In this document: positions 12,140 through 26,175 of the stretch, piece by piece | Layout of the letters: the number at the start of each line of letters is the position of its first letter | Numbering within the stretch: the stretch's first letter is position 1 | NCBI RefSeq assembly: GCF_009914755.1 | Contig: NC_060938.1 | Source of the DNA: the human T2T-CHM13v2.0 reference genome, Homo sapiens | Strand: one strand, 5' to 3' | Length of the DNA: 64,000 bases | Notes under the pieces: generated by a model | What the model was told of the DNA's origin: nothing | Seen by the model: only the letters and a program-made list of their open reading frames with translations | Database searches by the model: none | Position numbers and translations under genes: made by a program

Positions 12140-12425
12140 TGATTTCCTCAGAATGAAAGCTCCAGGAGAGCAGGGGTCATGCCTATCTAATCCAGTGCTA
12201 GGTCCCAAAAGCCTAGAACAATGACCAGCATGTGGTAGGTGCTCAAAACTACCATACTGTAGACTTCTTATGTACTTGTTCTGTTAATTATCTCCTGTTT
12301 GTCTCTTCCTGCTAAGACGTAAGCACCACAGGCAGTGAACATTGTTTTGTTTACTGCTGAGCCCGATGTGCCTAGAACAGTGCCTAGCACATTATGGGTA
12401 CTCCATAAATATTTTTAGAATGGTG
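12140..12425 (+). mobile_element. Two tandem L2 LINE 3'-end fragments
   Basis: Two copies of the L2 terminal pattern: GCCTAGAACAATGACCAGCATGTGGTAGGTGCTCAA and GCCTAGAACAGTGCCTAGCACATTATGGGTACTCCATAAATATTT. Confidence 0.7.
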
Positions 12426-14215
12426 ACTGAAAGAGGTAGGGAGGACAATTTAGAAATATTAAAGTCTCCATAATCCAGGCTGCTTAAGGAGCTTCTTAAC
12501 CTTTAGTTTCAAAGGGAGGTTTCAAGGAAAATGGCTTCCACTGCTCCTTAAACACAGAGCATTCAGCTAAATAACCAGACCTTTCAGGAGTTTCTGAGAA
12601 GATGAAGACAAGGGAAAAAATTCAGTTCTATATCCAAGGTTGCAGAGGCTGTTCCACATGCATCCAAACTCACGCTCTCCTACACTGGTTTGTCAAATTC
12701 TTTATTTAAATATCTCATTATCTAAGACAATTTTGTACTTACTGTCATGAAGGCTTATGAAACCTGAAAACCTGTCTTGCTGGAATAGGTACAATTTAAG
12801 CCAGTGATTGTTCAAGAGAGAAAGGAAAGGTGAAGAATGGCACCATTGTGAAGATTAGAGCAGGAAGGTAGACAGCCCTGGGAGCTAACCTCTGTTCTCC
12901 CGGGTGTTTGTTTAGGCTCCTCAGACAATGCATGTAGCCTAAAGAAAGAGGGGGGAGAATTGTAAGTCTTCATGTATAATTTTTGTTGTTATATCTAAAC
13001 TGATAGTTGAGGGCTAGGAGCTGAAACAATATTTTATAGAAGTATCATGTTGAAGTTTTTGCAGGTTTCAAAATATTTAAATATGTAAATTTCAGTGGAG
13101 AGATGTTCAGATTTTTTGATAGTCTAATGATTTTAAGCATCTCATTTCTAGTCACACACTGACAAAAGATGTTCAGATTGCAGTGTGAGATGGTTTCTAT
13201 GGTTACAGTTGTTTCCTAGCATTTTAGTGACATCTTTTGTGAGCATTGGCTGCTTCACTTATTTGTCACTAATGTATGTGTAGAACTATAGTTAATAGCC
13301 TTGGGCGGACAAAATTTTTTTTTCTGAATGGCTGTATTGTTTTTTAGCAGCATTTTTCAATAAGGTGACAATGCATTAGAATACTAATAGTATGTATGGT
13401 ATTTTAAGATGTCAAGTTTTCAATAAAATGATAATGAAAATTTTGCATTTCATTTAATAGTTAAATATTCATGAATTTTCACAGCATGATGAACTGAGTG
13501 AAAAATAAAGAAACTGTATAATGTATAATACTAAACATCATAAATTAAGTTTCTTTTCATAGAAGCTATTCAAGAGTGTTTAATATATGGTTCTTCGTGG
13601 ATTTAGACCAATCTGAGCTAAATTAAAAGCATCTAAAAAGGAAACTTGTTTAAACCAATTTAACATATTTTAACACAGCATGTTTATAATGTAACAATAT
13701 AAAAGAAAATGACACATTACAAACAATATACATATATTATATAAAAATTATGATGACTAAGTAGGAGATGTAGTCACCAGGCAAGAGTATTTTGAAGAAA
13801 ATAATTGTGAAATAGGAGAGGGAGGGATGCATGGGAGAGAGCCAGGTGACATAACCATGAGTAATAGGATGAAAATAAGCAGTAAAAATTGAGAATCTAA
13901 GTTTTGACCAATGGTGATCTGTTCCAGGTATTGGGCTAATTTCTAGAGAACCTAGGGGTGAACACCATCTCTTCCTTCTGGCCCTGGACTGATCCAGTCC
14001 TAAAGCAAATGTTTAGAGTAAGAATAAAATTCTTCTCCAATATTAGCGATTAAAAGACTTTTCTTCCAAATTCAAAGTGTGACTCAGTTCTTTATAATAA
14101 ATCATATCTATATATTCTATTAGTTTTGATTCTCTATAAAGGAGAGATATTATTATATGTGGGATTCTGTTTCATTAATCACATATCTGCTTATATATAT
14201 CCAAGATATGTGCTT

Positions 14216-14546
14216 CTTTTTTTTGTTGCTTTGTTTTGTTTTGTTTTGTTTTGAGACTGAGTCTCGCTCTGTCACCCAGGCTGGAGTACAGTGGCGCAAT
14301 CTTGGCTCACTGCAGCTTCCACCTCCTGGGTTCAAGTGATTCTTGTGTCTCAGCCTCCCAAGCAGCTAGGATTATAGGCACGTGCCACCAGGCCCAGCTA
14401 ATTTTTTTTTTTTTTTTTTTTTTTTTAGTAAAGATGGGGTTTCACCATGTTGGCCAGGCTGATCTCAAACTCCTGACCTCCAGTGATCCACCCCCTTTGG
14501 CCTCCCAAAGTGCGGGATTTATAGGCATGAGCCACTGCACCTGGTG
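14216..14546 (-). mobile_element. AluS (Sx/Sz-like), full length
   Basis: Both Alu arms; (TTTTG)n tail; middle linker expanded to T25; TSD GATATGTGCTT (14205-14215 / 14547-14557). Confidence 0.97.
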
Positions 14547-15729
14547 GATATGTGCTTGTTTCTATTTAAGATATGCAGAGAAGAATAAAAACAGAGAATT
14601 ATAAGTAAAGCAAATAGTTTTAGAAAAAATAAGGATTGTGCCAAAATGAGGAAGAATTGTCTAGCACAGGTAATCAAATATCTTAAGTAGAAAGAAGATT
14701 TAACAATGTTTCCTAATGATAAATTAGCCAAGTGTCCTAAAAACAAAAATTCAATGTGTACTTTATTTCATATATAGTGGTCGAAACCTCTACATTGCCA
14801 GACTATAATAAAACTCTAATATAACACTTCTTTTAAAAGGACAATTTGTTTTCTGGCAGCAGCATCCACTCCAACAACTTTTTACAAGGATGCATCTGTG
14901 ATATTTGGAGATTTCTGTGTATGGGGTTGAGCTACCAGAGAGAAAGTGACTAATGAAATTCTAATTACTAATTGCTGTGATGTGGAAGACTGAGAAAGGA
15001 ACCATTACTGGAATCTTTATCAGAGAGATATTGTCAGTCACTGAATATCCCACAACCTCTTCTGCCAACCTCCTGGCTGAAAATTGTTCAACTATACTCT
15101 GCTAACTGGCCAGGTATTCCATTGACCCATCCTGTTGACTGTTCAATGAGATTGGGAGAACCCTAAAACCAACATACAGAAGATAGACTTGGCTTCTATT
15201 GATGGGAAAATTAATAATAGAGCCAAAGTAAAGTAGAAAATCGTAGCCTAAAGGATGACATTGATCTATCCAAGAATGTGGACTTATGATGCAAAACTTT
15301 AAATTCCTCTAGGTTATAAGCATTATCACCTATTATTCTGCCCATATTGGTGATTAATTTGGTATTACCCCTCTTCCATAGGTATTATTGTCACTAATGT
15401 CTTTAATGCCTAACATATATGTGTGATAATACAGATTCATAAATGTAGATGAGAATCAAAGATAATTATTTAAGAAATTTTTATACATTTGAATGTTATT
15501 GCAAACCCTATTGTTTAACCAATTTAGTATTATCTTTGATTTATGCTAAGCAGGCAATCATCTTATGTATTAAGGAATTGGATTAACCAATGAAAAGAAT
15601 ATAATCAACAAAAGTAATAAATGAAAATTTCATATATTTCCTTAATTATAATAGACTGCCGAAACCCAGTCAATTTTAACATACTAATTTTTATTTATTA
15701 AATATCAATTAGGTAAATGTTGTCATTCA

Positions 15730-15945
15730 GTGTCCTGGCTCTAACGCTACTAGCTGTACAACCTAGTGGAGGCAACCTCACTTTTCATACTTCAGTTCCT
15801 TCATTTGTAAATGGAGTAATTGGAATACCTACCTTATAAAATGTTGTGTAGACTAAGTTATATATATATATATTATATGTGTATATATATGACACAGCAC
15901 TAAGCTTGTCAAATAATAAGCAGACAATAAATATTAGCTATATTT
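15730..15945 (+). mobile_element. MIR SINE
   Basis: CTTCAGTTCCTTCATTTGTAAATGGAGTAAT...ATACCTACCTTATA...CAATAAATATTAGCTAT. Confidence 0.7.
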
Positions 15946-16307
15946 ATCATCATTAGATTTAATGGCAATTTATTTAGAGGCAGTTATATATAGGACCAGT
16001 AGAGAGGTGATGAGTGAGACATGGTAAAGACCTTCTTAGCCCAAATGTCATTAAAGTAAATATAGGTACTCTAATGGTGAATATAGGTACTCACTATATT
16101 CTAATAGTGAATATAGATATTCTAATGCCGTATCTTAAATTGGATAAGATGCATTCTGGACTAGAAGTTAGCAGAGCGAACTAGTTAACTTTCTAGTTAT
16201 CAACTCCCTTATTCATGAAAGTAGACTGGCATTACTGATCTCTTTCTGGTCTAAATTATGACTGTTGTATGCTTTTACAAAATCAGATGCTTAAAAAAAG
16301 AATTGAT

Positions 16308-16594
16308 AACACAAAAGGACAAATATTGCATGATTCCATTTATGTGAAGTACCTAGTCAAATTCATAGACAGAAAGTAGAATAGGGTTATCAAAGGTGGA
16401 GGGAGCAGGTAATGGGGAGTTACTGTTTAGTGGGTATGGAGTTTCAGTTTGGGAAGATGAAATTGTTCTGGAGATTTATAGTGATTATGTTTGCACAACA
16501 GTGTGAATGTACTTAATGTCACAGAATCGTACACTTAAAAATAGTTTAAAATGGTAAATTTTGTGCTATGTATATTTTCCCCAATTAAAAAAAA
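16308..16594 (+). mobile_element. L1MB-type LINE 3' end
   Basis: CAAAAGGACAAATATTGCATGATTCCATTTAT...GAGTTTCAGTTTGGGAAGATGAAA...AATGGTAAATTTTGTGCTATGTATATTTT, then an A tail. Confidence 0.85.
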
Positions 16595-18330
16595 GTATGT
16601 ATAAATGGCCAATAAACATTTGGGAAAAAATGAAAAAATTATAGAGTTAATCCAATATTAGGGTTAAAAAATACCCTTGTCCATAATTTTGGACACAAAG
16701 TCAAATAATATATTACAATTTTTAGTCTTAATGTGCATGATGCCCAAAACTTTAAGACTTTTATTTTGAGTATTGTTTTATCAAAAAGTCCCATATTAAT
16801 CTTAGATAAACTCTTGTTTTCAGACTTAGGAACCAAACGATTATATCATATCACTAAATATTGGCTATCTTTATAACTAAATGTTCACTTCGGTGCCTCA
16901 GGAAGTCTAATGAAACCACCGTGATCAGCACTCCTAGCAAGGCTATCTTCTTTTTTAGAATGCATCCGTGCCTTGTATCAGATAAGTGAAGAGAACCTTA
17001 TCAAGACAAATTGTGGCTAATGCATTCTCCTTTATGCATTTCTGGGCTAATGACCAGCCCCATTAAATATCACGCCAAATGGATTGGAAGTGCCACTGAG
17101 TGGGAAGAAGAAGACATTTTCCTCCTGCATAAGCACAGCCAATACAAACATCACCAAGACGAGGGCTGCTTTGCCATTTTCTTCCACATTCTGAGGTGTT
17201 CCTTTCACGTCTCGGGAGGTAGGAAACTAATAACCTGTCCGCAGAGACTCCAAACAAGCAAATGCTCTTTGTTGTTAGCTAGAATTAGGCTAACAGCAAA
17301 TTTGATCTTTGGTTTTGAGGCCTTACCTCTTTACCCAAAAGTTAACTCTGATTTCAAATTGCTCCACTTCTCTGTTTTGTCAAGAAGCAGCAACAATCTA
17401 CCACCACCACTGTTATTATGGCATTTCAATCACCTCGTTTCATTGTGATTTGAGAAAACACTTTGTTGAAACCCAAAGGAAAATCTGCCACGTTTCCATT
17501 CAGACATATGGCAGAAAAAAACCTTAATAACCAGTAATCAGAGTCGGCCTTCTTTGGGTGGAATCTGCTGCGGACAAAACAATTTATGCTGCATTGGATG
17601 AAAATAGTTCATCGATGCTATTCTCCAAGAGATACTAAAATAACTCCTTCTCATCTGATATCCCAAAACTGGGGGAGAAAGAGTTCAGATAATGTTGGGA
17701 TCGATAAAGTCACAAAAGCAGAGTCATGTAGGAAATACATCTTGAAATTACTATCTTGCTCTTTTTATCACAGAACCAGCCAAAGGCCATTATAAAGGGT
17801 AGCATTACAACAAGTTTTAGTTCAGAGAATCATCGAAATTAAACATAACAAAGATATAATATATATCTCCCTAGATAGTGATTGCAATGATCGACAATCT
17901 GAAGTGTTTTTTTCTTTCAGAAAAGAACCTCTGATTATTCCTCATGGCTTAAATAATTCAGAATAGTGAATCATCAAAACTTATCTTTTAATATATTTTG
18001 AACGACATTTGAATATGAATATATAGTTTATAGAAAATTAGCTTAAGCAAATTAATGAGGCCTCATTAAAGTCCAAACTAGGTGAAATGGAGAAATACCC
18101 TCTTTCTTCATTATATATCAGACTTCATAACCTTCCATTCTCAGAATAGCCTCTCTTTCTGCCCATGCCTTATCACCCCCTCATACAAAAGTGCCCCTCT
18201 ATCAAACTTTTCCAGAGATACGTGTTTCAATATCAAAGGTTTTCTCTGGATGCACAGACAATAGTGGGAGTTCTTATGTCAACAAAGCAAAAAGTAGGTA
18301 GTAGTTGTTTTCACTGACAATAGAGTATAT

Positions 18331-18507
18331 CAGTATTTCCCAAACTTGGTTAGACATTAGAATGACCCAGAAAGCCCTTAAAAACTTGATGCTCAGGTTA
18401 TATTCCACAGTAACTAAATCAAAATTTCTGTAAGTAGGATCCAAACAACAGTATTTTTTAAAGATCCCCAGGTAATTCCAGAACACAACCAAGTTTAGGA
18501 AGCATTG
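18331..18507. mobile_element. MER5A-like hAT-Charlie MITE
   Basis: ~177 bp with degenerate TIRs CAGTATTTCCCAAACT / AGTTTAGGAAGCATTG and internal GTATTTTTTAAAGATCCCCAGGTAATTC. Confidence 0.8.
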
Positions 18508-20739
18508 CCGTACCTATTAGAAATCAAACTTTGTTATTAATTATAGGCCAATAAGCTATCTCTTCATAGCAATAATCAACAATTGGCATTGTTTTGATTT
18601 CTTAGCATTATTAACTCAATGCCATACTATGGCCCCACTAAACATTTTCTCATAAAATATTTTATCATTATGGCTTCATTTCTGCTACCATGTTTTTTAA
18701 CAGGGCCAGCATGGACTCTACCAACAGGAAAAAGTGTATTCACGGTGCCCCCTACCCCACAAAGGATTTATTTTTCCAGAATGGTTGTATGTTTTAAATG
18801 TTTAGTTTTCTAATATGGTTTGGGTTCTAGTACATTAGAGAGGAAGACCCAAACCACACCAATTGTAACATTTTATGTTTGTTTTCAGACTCCAAAAACT
18901 TCACTACTACATGGAAACATTGCACTTAACCTTTATTTTGCATCTTCCATTTTCTAGCTCATGCAAATGTCTTTCATTCAAAACTCTTCTTCCCCGTATT
19001 TCCATTAGTGATTTATGTCAATATAGCATTTTAATATGTATTTCCAGCACCCATTAACTTTTGTAAGAAAATTAATTTTTATGTTTTGATTAGAAAAATT
19101 TTAAAATTACCAGAGAATGCACACTTGTTTGACCATATTCCCCAGAATACTGCTTAAATAGCCAGTTTATTTTGCTTAAAGGCACTTGTGCTTTCTAATA
19201 TATGTATGGTCAACCATTCTGGTTCCTTCTCTCAAGCTCTTTGATCTATGATTTGTTTGGAAACAGTGAATTTTATTAAAAATATGTTTGTCTTATTGAA
19301 CTAGACAGCTTTATTACTTGAATATTTCCTTCTCTACTTTCTCTTAAAATTAACATATTCACAAATAAGAATAGAAACAAAAGGAAAAATTAAATACCTC
19401 CCTTCAAAAGTTCCTTTGGTATAATGAGAGCTAATCAACAACAGATATTAATTTTTAAAAATATTAAGCCAACCGAGCTAATTCTTGCTCATGTTATAAT
19501 TTCTGAGCACATTTCTTAAGGTCTCTTTAAGAGATGGACTACTCTTTGACACTGAGAATATTATAGTTTTAAAGTCATCACATGATACCTTATTTCATGA
19601 ACCAGAGAAGCTTTTTCCCACCAACTTTCTCTTGCAAAATGAAGGTGCTCTTCCTGAGTTTGTCTCAGGAAAGTTTGAGGGAACAGCAAGCAGAACAGGA
19701 AAGGTCTTAGAAAGAAAGAGAAGGGCAAGAAAATAACAGTAACAGAAACAGAAACATATGACTACTTTTTTAGAAGGCTTCAGTATTGGGTGACTTACAT
19801 AACTTACCATGAATCTAATTTGAGTTAACAATAAGTCAAGTATTTGCTAAAGGTCAACTATATGCCCAGCACTGTGCAAGGCATTAAAAAGGACGAAGAA
19901 GAAAAGGAGGCCAAGAATTTCCCCTCGGATTTGTGATCTGATTGAGAGGGGAAGATGCTATTGATTATAAAACACTTATTTTTTGGAACACTAAGAAAAA
20001 CAAGCAACTAATTATATTTTGACATGCCATCGTGTATGTCAAGATGCATTTTAGGATTCAGAGGTACTAAAATGCAAAAGAAAGAAAAAAGTCTTATCCT
20101 GGGATCACCATCTTTACATCAACGCAAAAGAGTACATATGTGAAACAACTAGGAAATAATACACAATAGTGCTAAATCCAGGAGATGCTGTATACACAGT
20201 GATGTGGCAGAGGGCTGCTGCAATAGAAACCCAATGCAACTACCTGGATGGTTTGCAGACTGACAAAAGACAAATGGGCAGAGTTAAAAGTTCTTGTAAT
20301 GTCCCTGAAGTTTCATATAATGTCAAGGTGGCAAATTCCATCTTATTCACATTTATGAGAAAGGTACATTAAATACTACACCAATATCTGACCAACTGTT
20401 ATGACCTTCTCATCCTACATCCAAAATATCTTTCTCATCCATCCCTTCTTTTCCTTTCACACTTGCCACTACCTTATTTCTTTTCACTGTTATCTCTACC
20501 AAATCTCTCTAGGCACTATCTAGATTGATCATTCTTATCCACAGCTCTGAGCACGGTGATCCCAACATTGTGATGATGTCAAGTGTGGCTAATCGGTAAC
20601 GATAAACTACTTAGCTTGGCATTCAAGGCCTTACAATGTCAGACTCATATATATCTTGTCTTCTATTTTTCCATTGCAGTAGAAACTTTCTTAACACATT
20701 TCTATTTAATTGACTCATCAGATCAATGTTCTCCATTCC

Positions 20740-21340
20740 TTCTGTAAAACATAGCTTCTGTGAAACATGGCTGATTAAACACTCAGGGCAAGTTATACAG
20801 TATGTCTGTGCCCTTCTCCCACCAATTAGTTTATGCTTGCCTAAACCTATTAATGCCAATCTTACTTGTTCTTGCAATTATGTGATTTAATATAAAAACT
20901 GATAAAACATGTTTCTATGAAAACTAAGTTATGTGCTTGATTTTATTTTTTAAAAAGCCAATAAAAATGATGGCAAATTAGAAATGGGCAGGACAGCTGT
21001 AACAGATTGAGCAAATAAATCATAAAAACCCAGAAGGATACCACACTCAGATTGTTCTTATCTCCCACTTTTGCTCCACTTTAAATAAACCAAATTAGTT
21101 TGCATGAAGTCAGTCATAAAATGGTGTTTTATAAGTAAATATTCCAACCAGAAGACTCATTTTTCAAGAAAATGATTTGCTTCCTCAACAAAAGATTGGC
21201 AAATAAATATATGCTTGCTCATTTTATGTTAAAATAAAATATCTATGTGTTGTTTCTTAGTGATTCCCCCACTTTAACTAAGTTTTCGATTTACAGACTA
21301 GCTGTCAGTCCCAATTAAGTATATAAAGAATGGTTCTGGT
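20740..21340 (+). mobile_element. Old non-autonomous TcMar-Tigger relic (Tigger13a/15a-like)
   Basis: GTTTCTATGAAAACTAAGTT...AATCATAAAAACCCAGAAGGAT...CTCAGATTG...CCACTTTAAATAAACCAAA...CAAAAGATTGGC resembles a decayed pogo-transposase 5' region; boundaries approximate. Confidence 0.55.
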
Positions 21341-21554
21341 TCTATCCTGGGCTCCAATCAAACTTTAATCCCTGGGCCTACACTATTTCTTCTTGATGAA
21401 ATGAACTCTTCCCACATCTCATACTAATCCTCAAGGATCTGAGCAAATGTTCCGTCTCTATGAGATGTTCCCAAAAGCTCGCCTCCCAGAAACTAGAGTC
21501 ACCTGAAGTTTCTAATATTAGGCTTACCATTTCTTGTGGAACCCTAATCCGATG

Positions 21555-21660
21555 CAATAACCTCTAAGCCTCAGTTTCTTCATCTGTAAAATGGGTTGTT
21601 GGAGGATGTAATGCATGTAAGACTAAGCACAATGCCCATAATGTAGGTGGATTCAAAAAA
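21555..21660 (+). mobile_element. MIR fragment
   Basis: AACCTCTAAGCCTCAGTTTCTTCATCTGTAAAATGGG core. Confidence 0.8.
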
Positions 21661-23579
21661 CGAAACACACCATTCTCCATCCACATATTCTTCCTTTGAA
21701 TGCTTATAGACCTTTGCTCTTCTCTCATGATGTTTCCTGTTTTCTATCCTGTATTTTCACAGGTTCAGTATATGTCTTTTGCCCTCTATTCGACTATATA
21801 TTCCTTGACTGCTCAGCTGTGCAGCCAATACTTTTTTACTATCCCTTATTTTACTCTTAAATAAATAAATGATTACATGAAAGGCCGAATGAGTGTTGAA
21901 CTTTTGTTCTGGTCAGAAAAATAAATAGAGGCCTGACAAAAGAATAAGGAAAGAGAAACAATTTAGAATGTGTTATATGATCTACATTTCACTTTCTACA
22001 AAACTTTATTCAATAGAAAAGACAAGAAGCTTTATTATAGCAGCTTAAAAGTGGATGCCTCTGTATCTCCCTCATCTTTTGTTTTTGTGTTGATTCTGCC
22101 TTTTCCCTAAAAATGTTGATGGGCTAGATTACACCTGATAGCAGTCTTGGCAGCCCCAGAGAATTCCATCTTTGCAATGCAACATTCTTTGGGAGAAAAG
22201 AAAACTTTTCCTTCCCCAGCCCCACCACCAAGGATTGAAATTCTGCATTCTTTTTAGTTGACAATTGATTGGAACATTTTGAAAATAAGTGCCAGGCCTC
22301 GATGAGGTGTAAAATACTGACTGTATTAGCTAGTTATTTAGGGAGATGTGAAGATGCTCTTGCCAACATACATTCGATTTAGGCTTTGGATGCCTTGCAT
22401 GATCTCCCAGGCAGCACTTGTTTGAAATTGTTAGAATTTAATTTAAAAGTCTTCACATTTGCTTTTTTGTTCTTATTTTTAAAGCATCGATAACTCTTTA
22501 GAGAAGATACTCTAGAGTTAATATTTATATATGTATGTTTATATATACATATATATAGTATGAACAATATTTTTATCATGTTTTTCTATTCTTTGGCTCT
22601 CTTCTAATATTTGTCATTGAACTTAAACTTGCTCAGCCTGAGGATATGGAAAATGGAACTACAGTGTTATTTTAGTAGAGATGAACTTTTCAGGTCCGTG
22701 CCCTTGGGCTAACTATATGGATCCATATATAGTTTTATATTCACAGTGTACAGGGTTGCTAGGAGCAGTGAAATGTCTTGTTATCTCCCTACCATGTGAA
22801 GCATGTGACAGAATCTACTTAAGTCTTATGTGACTCAGACTCCCTCTTCAACTAGGGAATAAGACTATATCCTTTGATAAAGCCCATTCAATATTGTTAC
22901 AAATTAATATTTATAATAGTAACAACAGCTTATATTTGTATATGTAGGAAACATTCATGCTTTTACTGTCTAGTGGAAAGTTCAGATATGTCTGGGCATG
23001 TTTAGCAAACGAGTGGGTTTGGCTTAACTAGGGCATTATCATTCATTGCCCAAGTTATGTACTTTAGAGCTCTAGGGGAGCCATTCACATGAACCATTTC
23101 ATTATGACTTTTTCTAAGACAATGATTAAATAGTTTCAGATGGAGTTCAAGCACATTTGGCAAACTTGTGGGCTAGTCCAACAAAACCCTTATTTGAGCA
23201 TGGGAGGAAGAAAAGAGGACACTGAAAAAACTCATTCTAAAAGGGAAAGAAGGCAAATAATGAACACAGTCAACAGCTCTAGGGAGCGGTGGTGGCTGAC
23301 CAAACCTATTGCAACTCAGCCATGCTGGTGTCTTGGGAGAAAGTCGCTGTGTATACAACTGAAAGTTATGCCACTCGATTCAGTGTCTGAAAGAGTCAAA
23401 CAACGTGCCAGTGGGCTTTCCCTAACAGTGTTGAGAGGAGAAAACCTCTGACATCTCACTTCAGTGAAGACTTCTGAATTTTTATGGCCCCAGGAGGACT
23501 CAGCATGAATAGCTGAGCCCATCAGCAGGGAGTCCTAATCTAGAGGGAAACGCAGGACCTGGGTAGAGAGAAACATCAG

Positions 23580-23626
23580 CAGAAGGGGCAGCAACTTCAG
23601 AAGGGGCAGCAACTTCAGGAAGGGCA
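23580..23626. repeat. 18-bp tandem duplication (CAGAAGGGGCAGCAACTT)x2 plus a partial third copy
   Basis: Units at 23580-23597 and 23598-23615 are identical. Confidence 0.9.
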
Positions 23627-24302
23627 CAATATCATCAGAGGTCCAGGTGTAACGGTCACAAGAAAGAGCATAAAAACCAAACTGGGATCCAGACTGATTC
23701 ACAAGCAAATGAGACTTTCCCCTGGAGACTCCCAGAAATGCTTGGAAGAAAGGAAGTTTGCAAAGCATTGTAATTCCTATGTGAGAAGAAAATGAGGCTC
23801 CCAAATGTAAGTGACTTTCTCAAGGTCATCCAGGTAGATAAATCAGGATTAGAGGTCACTGAGGGTTTCATAGTCATGTATGACCATGAATAGTCTGTGA
23901 AACCATGACTCTGAATGACAGGCCTACATCCAGTTGAAAATTGGAAGAGAGGATCACCCCTGAGAATACGCCATAATGTTATCAACATTATAAGACTAGT
24001 CTGAGAATTGCTTAATAGTCATGAGCTTTGAGACATCAATAAACAAGAACAAAATATAAACATATATCCTGTCATGATACAATTATTTCATTAAAAGATC
24101 TTTTTGCTATGGTAATGACTAAATACTGTCAGATGTAGCCCACCAATCATCCACCTTACACTAAAGTTGTCGGTCTTAGACAACAGTGTTGAAAGGGAAG
24201 TTTTGGAACATTTTTTTTTCAATACAATCAAAATTCAGTTATTTTATTTTTCATAGAAATAGCAGAACTTCAATTTGTATATCATTTTACAGTTTTCATG
24301 AT

Positions 24303-24304
<2 letters not shown>

Positions 24305-24353
<49 letters not shown>
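24305..24353. repeat. (TA)n microsatellite
   Basis: Read directly from the sequence. Confidence 0.97.
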
Positions 24354-24356
<3 letters not shown>

Positions 24357-24401
24357 ATCACACTCAGAATTAAAGTACCCCTCCTTTATTCTCTGATCAT
24401 A

Positions 24402-26130
24402 TTTTTTAAACCTTTATTTTAGGTTTAGGGGCACATATGCAGGTTTGTTATATAGGTAAACTGCATGTCCTGGGGAAAGGTTGGTGTACAGATTATTTTG
24501 TCACTCAGGAAATAAGCATGGTACCTGATAGGTAGTTTTTTGATCCATTCCCTTCTCCCACCCTCCACCGTCAAGTAATTCCCAGTCTCTGTTGTTCTCT
24601 TCTTTATGTTCATGTCTTCTCGTTATTTAGTTACCACTTGCAAGTGACAATATTCAGTATTTGTTTTTCTGTTCCTGCATTAGTTTGCTTCAGATAATGG
24701 CCCCCAGCTTCATCCATGTTGCTGCAAAGGACATGATCTTATTCTTTTTAATGGCTGCATAGTATTCCATGGTGTATATGTATCACATTTACTTCATCCC
24801 GTCTACCACTGATGGACATTTAGGTTGATTCCAAGTCTTTACTATTGTGAATAATGCTGCAATGAACATACACGTGCATGTGTCTTTATGGTATAATGAT
24901 TTATATTCCTTGGGTATATACCTAATAATAGGATTACTGGGTCAAATGGTAATTCTGTTTTAAGTTATTTGAAGAACCCCCACACTGCTCTCCACATTGA
25001 ACTCATTTACATTCTCAGCAGTAGTGTATAAGCATTCCCTTTTCTACCCAACTTTGCCAGGATCTGTAATTTTTTGACCTTTTAATAATAGCCGTTCTCA
25101 CTGGTGTGAGATGGTATTTCATTATGATTTTGATGTGCATTTCTCTAATGATTAGTGTTGTTTAGTATTTTTTCATGTGCTTGTTGGCTGTGTGTATGTC
25201 TTCTTTAGAAAACTGTCTATTCATGTTCTTTGCCCACTTTTTAATGGGGTTGTTTGTTTTTTTGCTTGTAAATTCAAGTCTCTTATAGATTCTGGATATC
25301 AGACCTTTTTCAGATGCATAGTTTGAAAATATTTTCTCCCATTCCATAGGTTGTCTGTTTATTCTGTTGATGGTTTATTTTGCTATGCAGAAGCTCTTTA
25401 GATTAATTAGATCCCATTTGTCAGTTTTGTGTTTTGTTGCAATTGCTTTTGGCATCTTTGTCATGAAATATTTGCCAGGTCTTATGTCCTAGGATGTCTT
25501 CCAGTGCTTTTATAGTCTTAGTTTTTACATTTAAGTCTTTAATAATATTGAATTGATTTTTGTGTATAGTGTAAGGAATGGGCCCAGTTTCAATCTTCTG
25601 CATGTGGCTAGCCAGTTACCCCAGCACCATTTATTGAATAGGGAGTCCTTTCTCTATTGCTTATTTTTTTTTGTTGATTTTGTTGAAGATCAGATGGTTA
25701 TAGGTGTGGGGCATTATTTCTGGGCACTCTATTCTGTTCCATTGGTCTATGTGTCTGTTTTTGTACCAGTACCATGCTGTTTTGGTTACTGCAGCCTTGT
25801 AGTATAGTTTGAAGTCAGGTAATATGATGTCTCCAGCTTTGTTCTTATTTCTTAGGATAGCCTTGGCTACTCAGGCTCTTCTTTTTATTCCATATGAATT
25901 TTAAAATAGTTTTTTTCTACTTCTGTGAAGAATGTCATCCGTAGTTTGATAGGAATAACATTGAATCTGTAAACTGCTTTGGGCAGTATAACCATTTTAA
26001 CAATATTGATTCTTCCTATGCATGAGCATGGAATGTTTTTCTATTGGTATCATCTCTGATTTCTTTGAGCAATGTTTTGTAATTCTCACTGCAGAGATCC
26101 TTCATCTCCTCTCCCTGATTAGCTGTATTC

Positions 26131-26175
<45 letters not shown>

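Noticed and set aside
14153-14604. Overlapping 60-122 aa ORFs (similar ones at 39193-39576 and 53153-53344)
   Set aside because: Alu-derived translations
17011-17448. 145-aa ORF (also the 146-aa ORF at 3234-3674)
   Set aside because: No recognisable domain, low-information composition and no supporting gene structure; the 17011 ORF starts at a non-ATG codon
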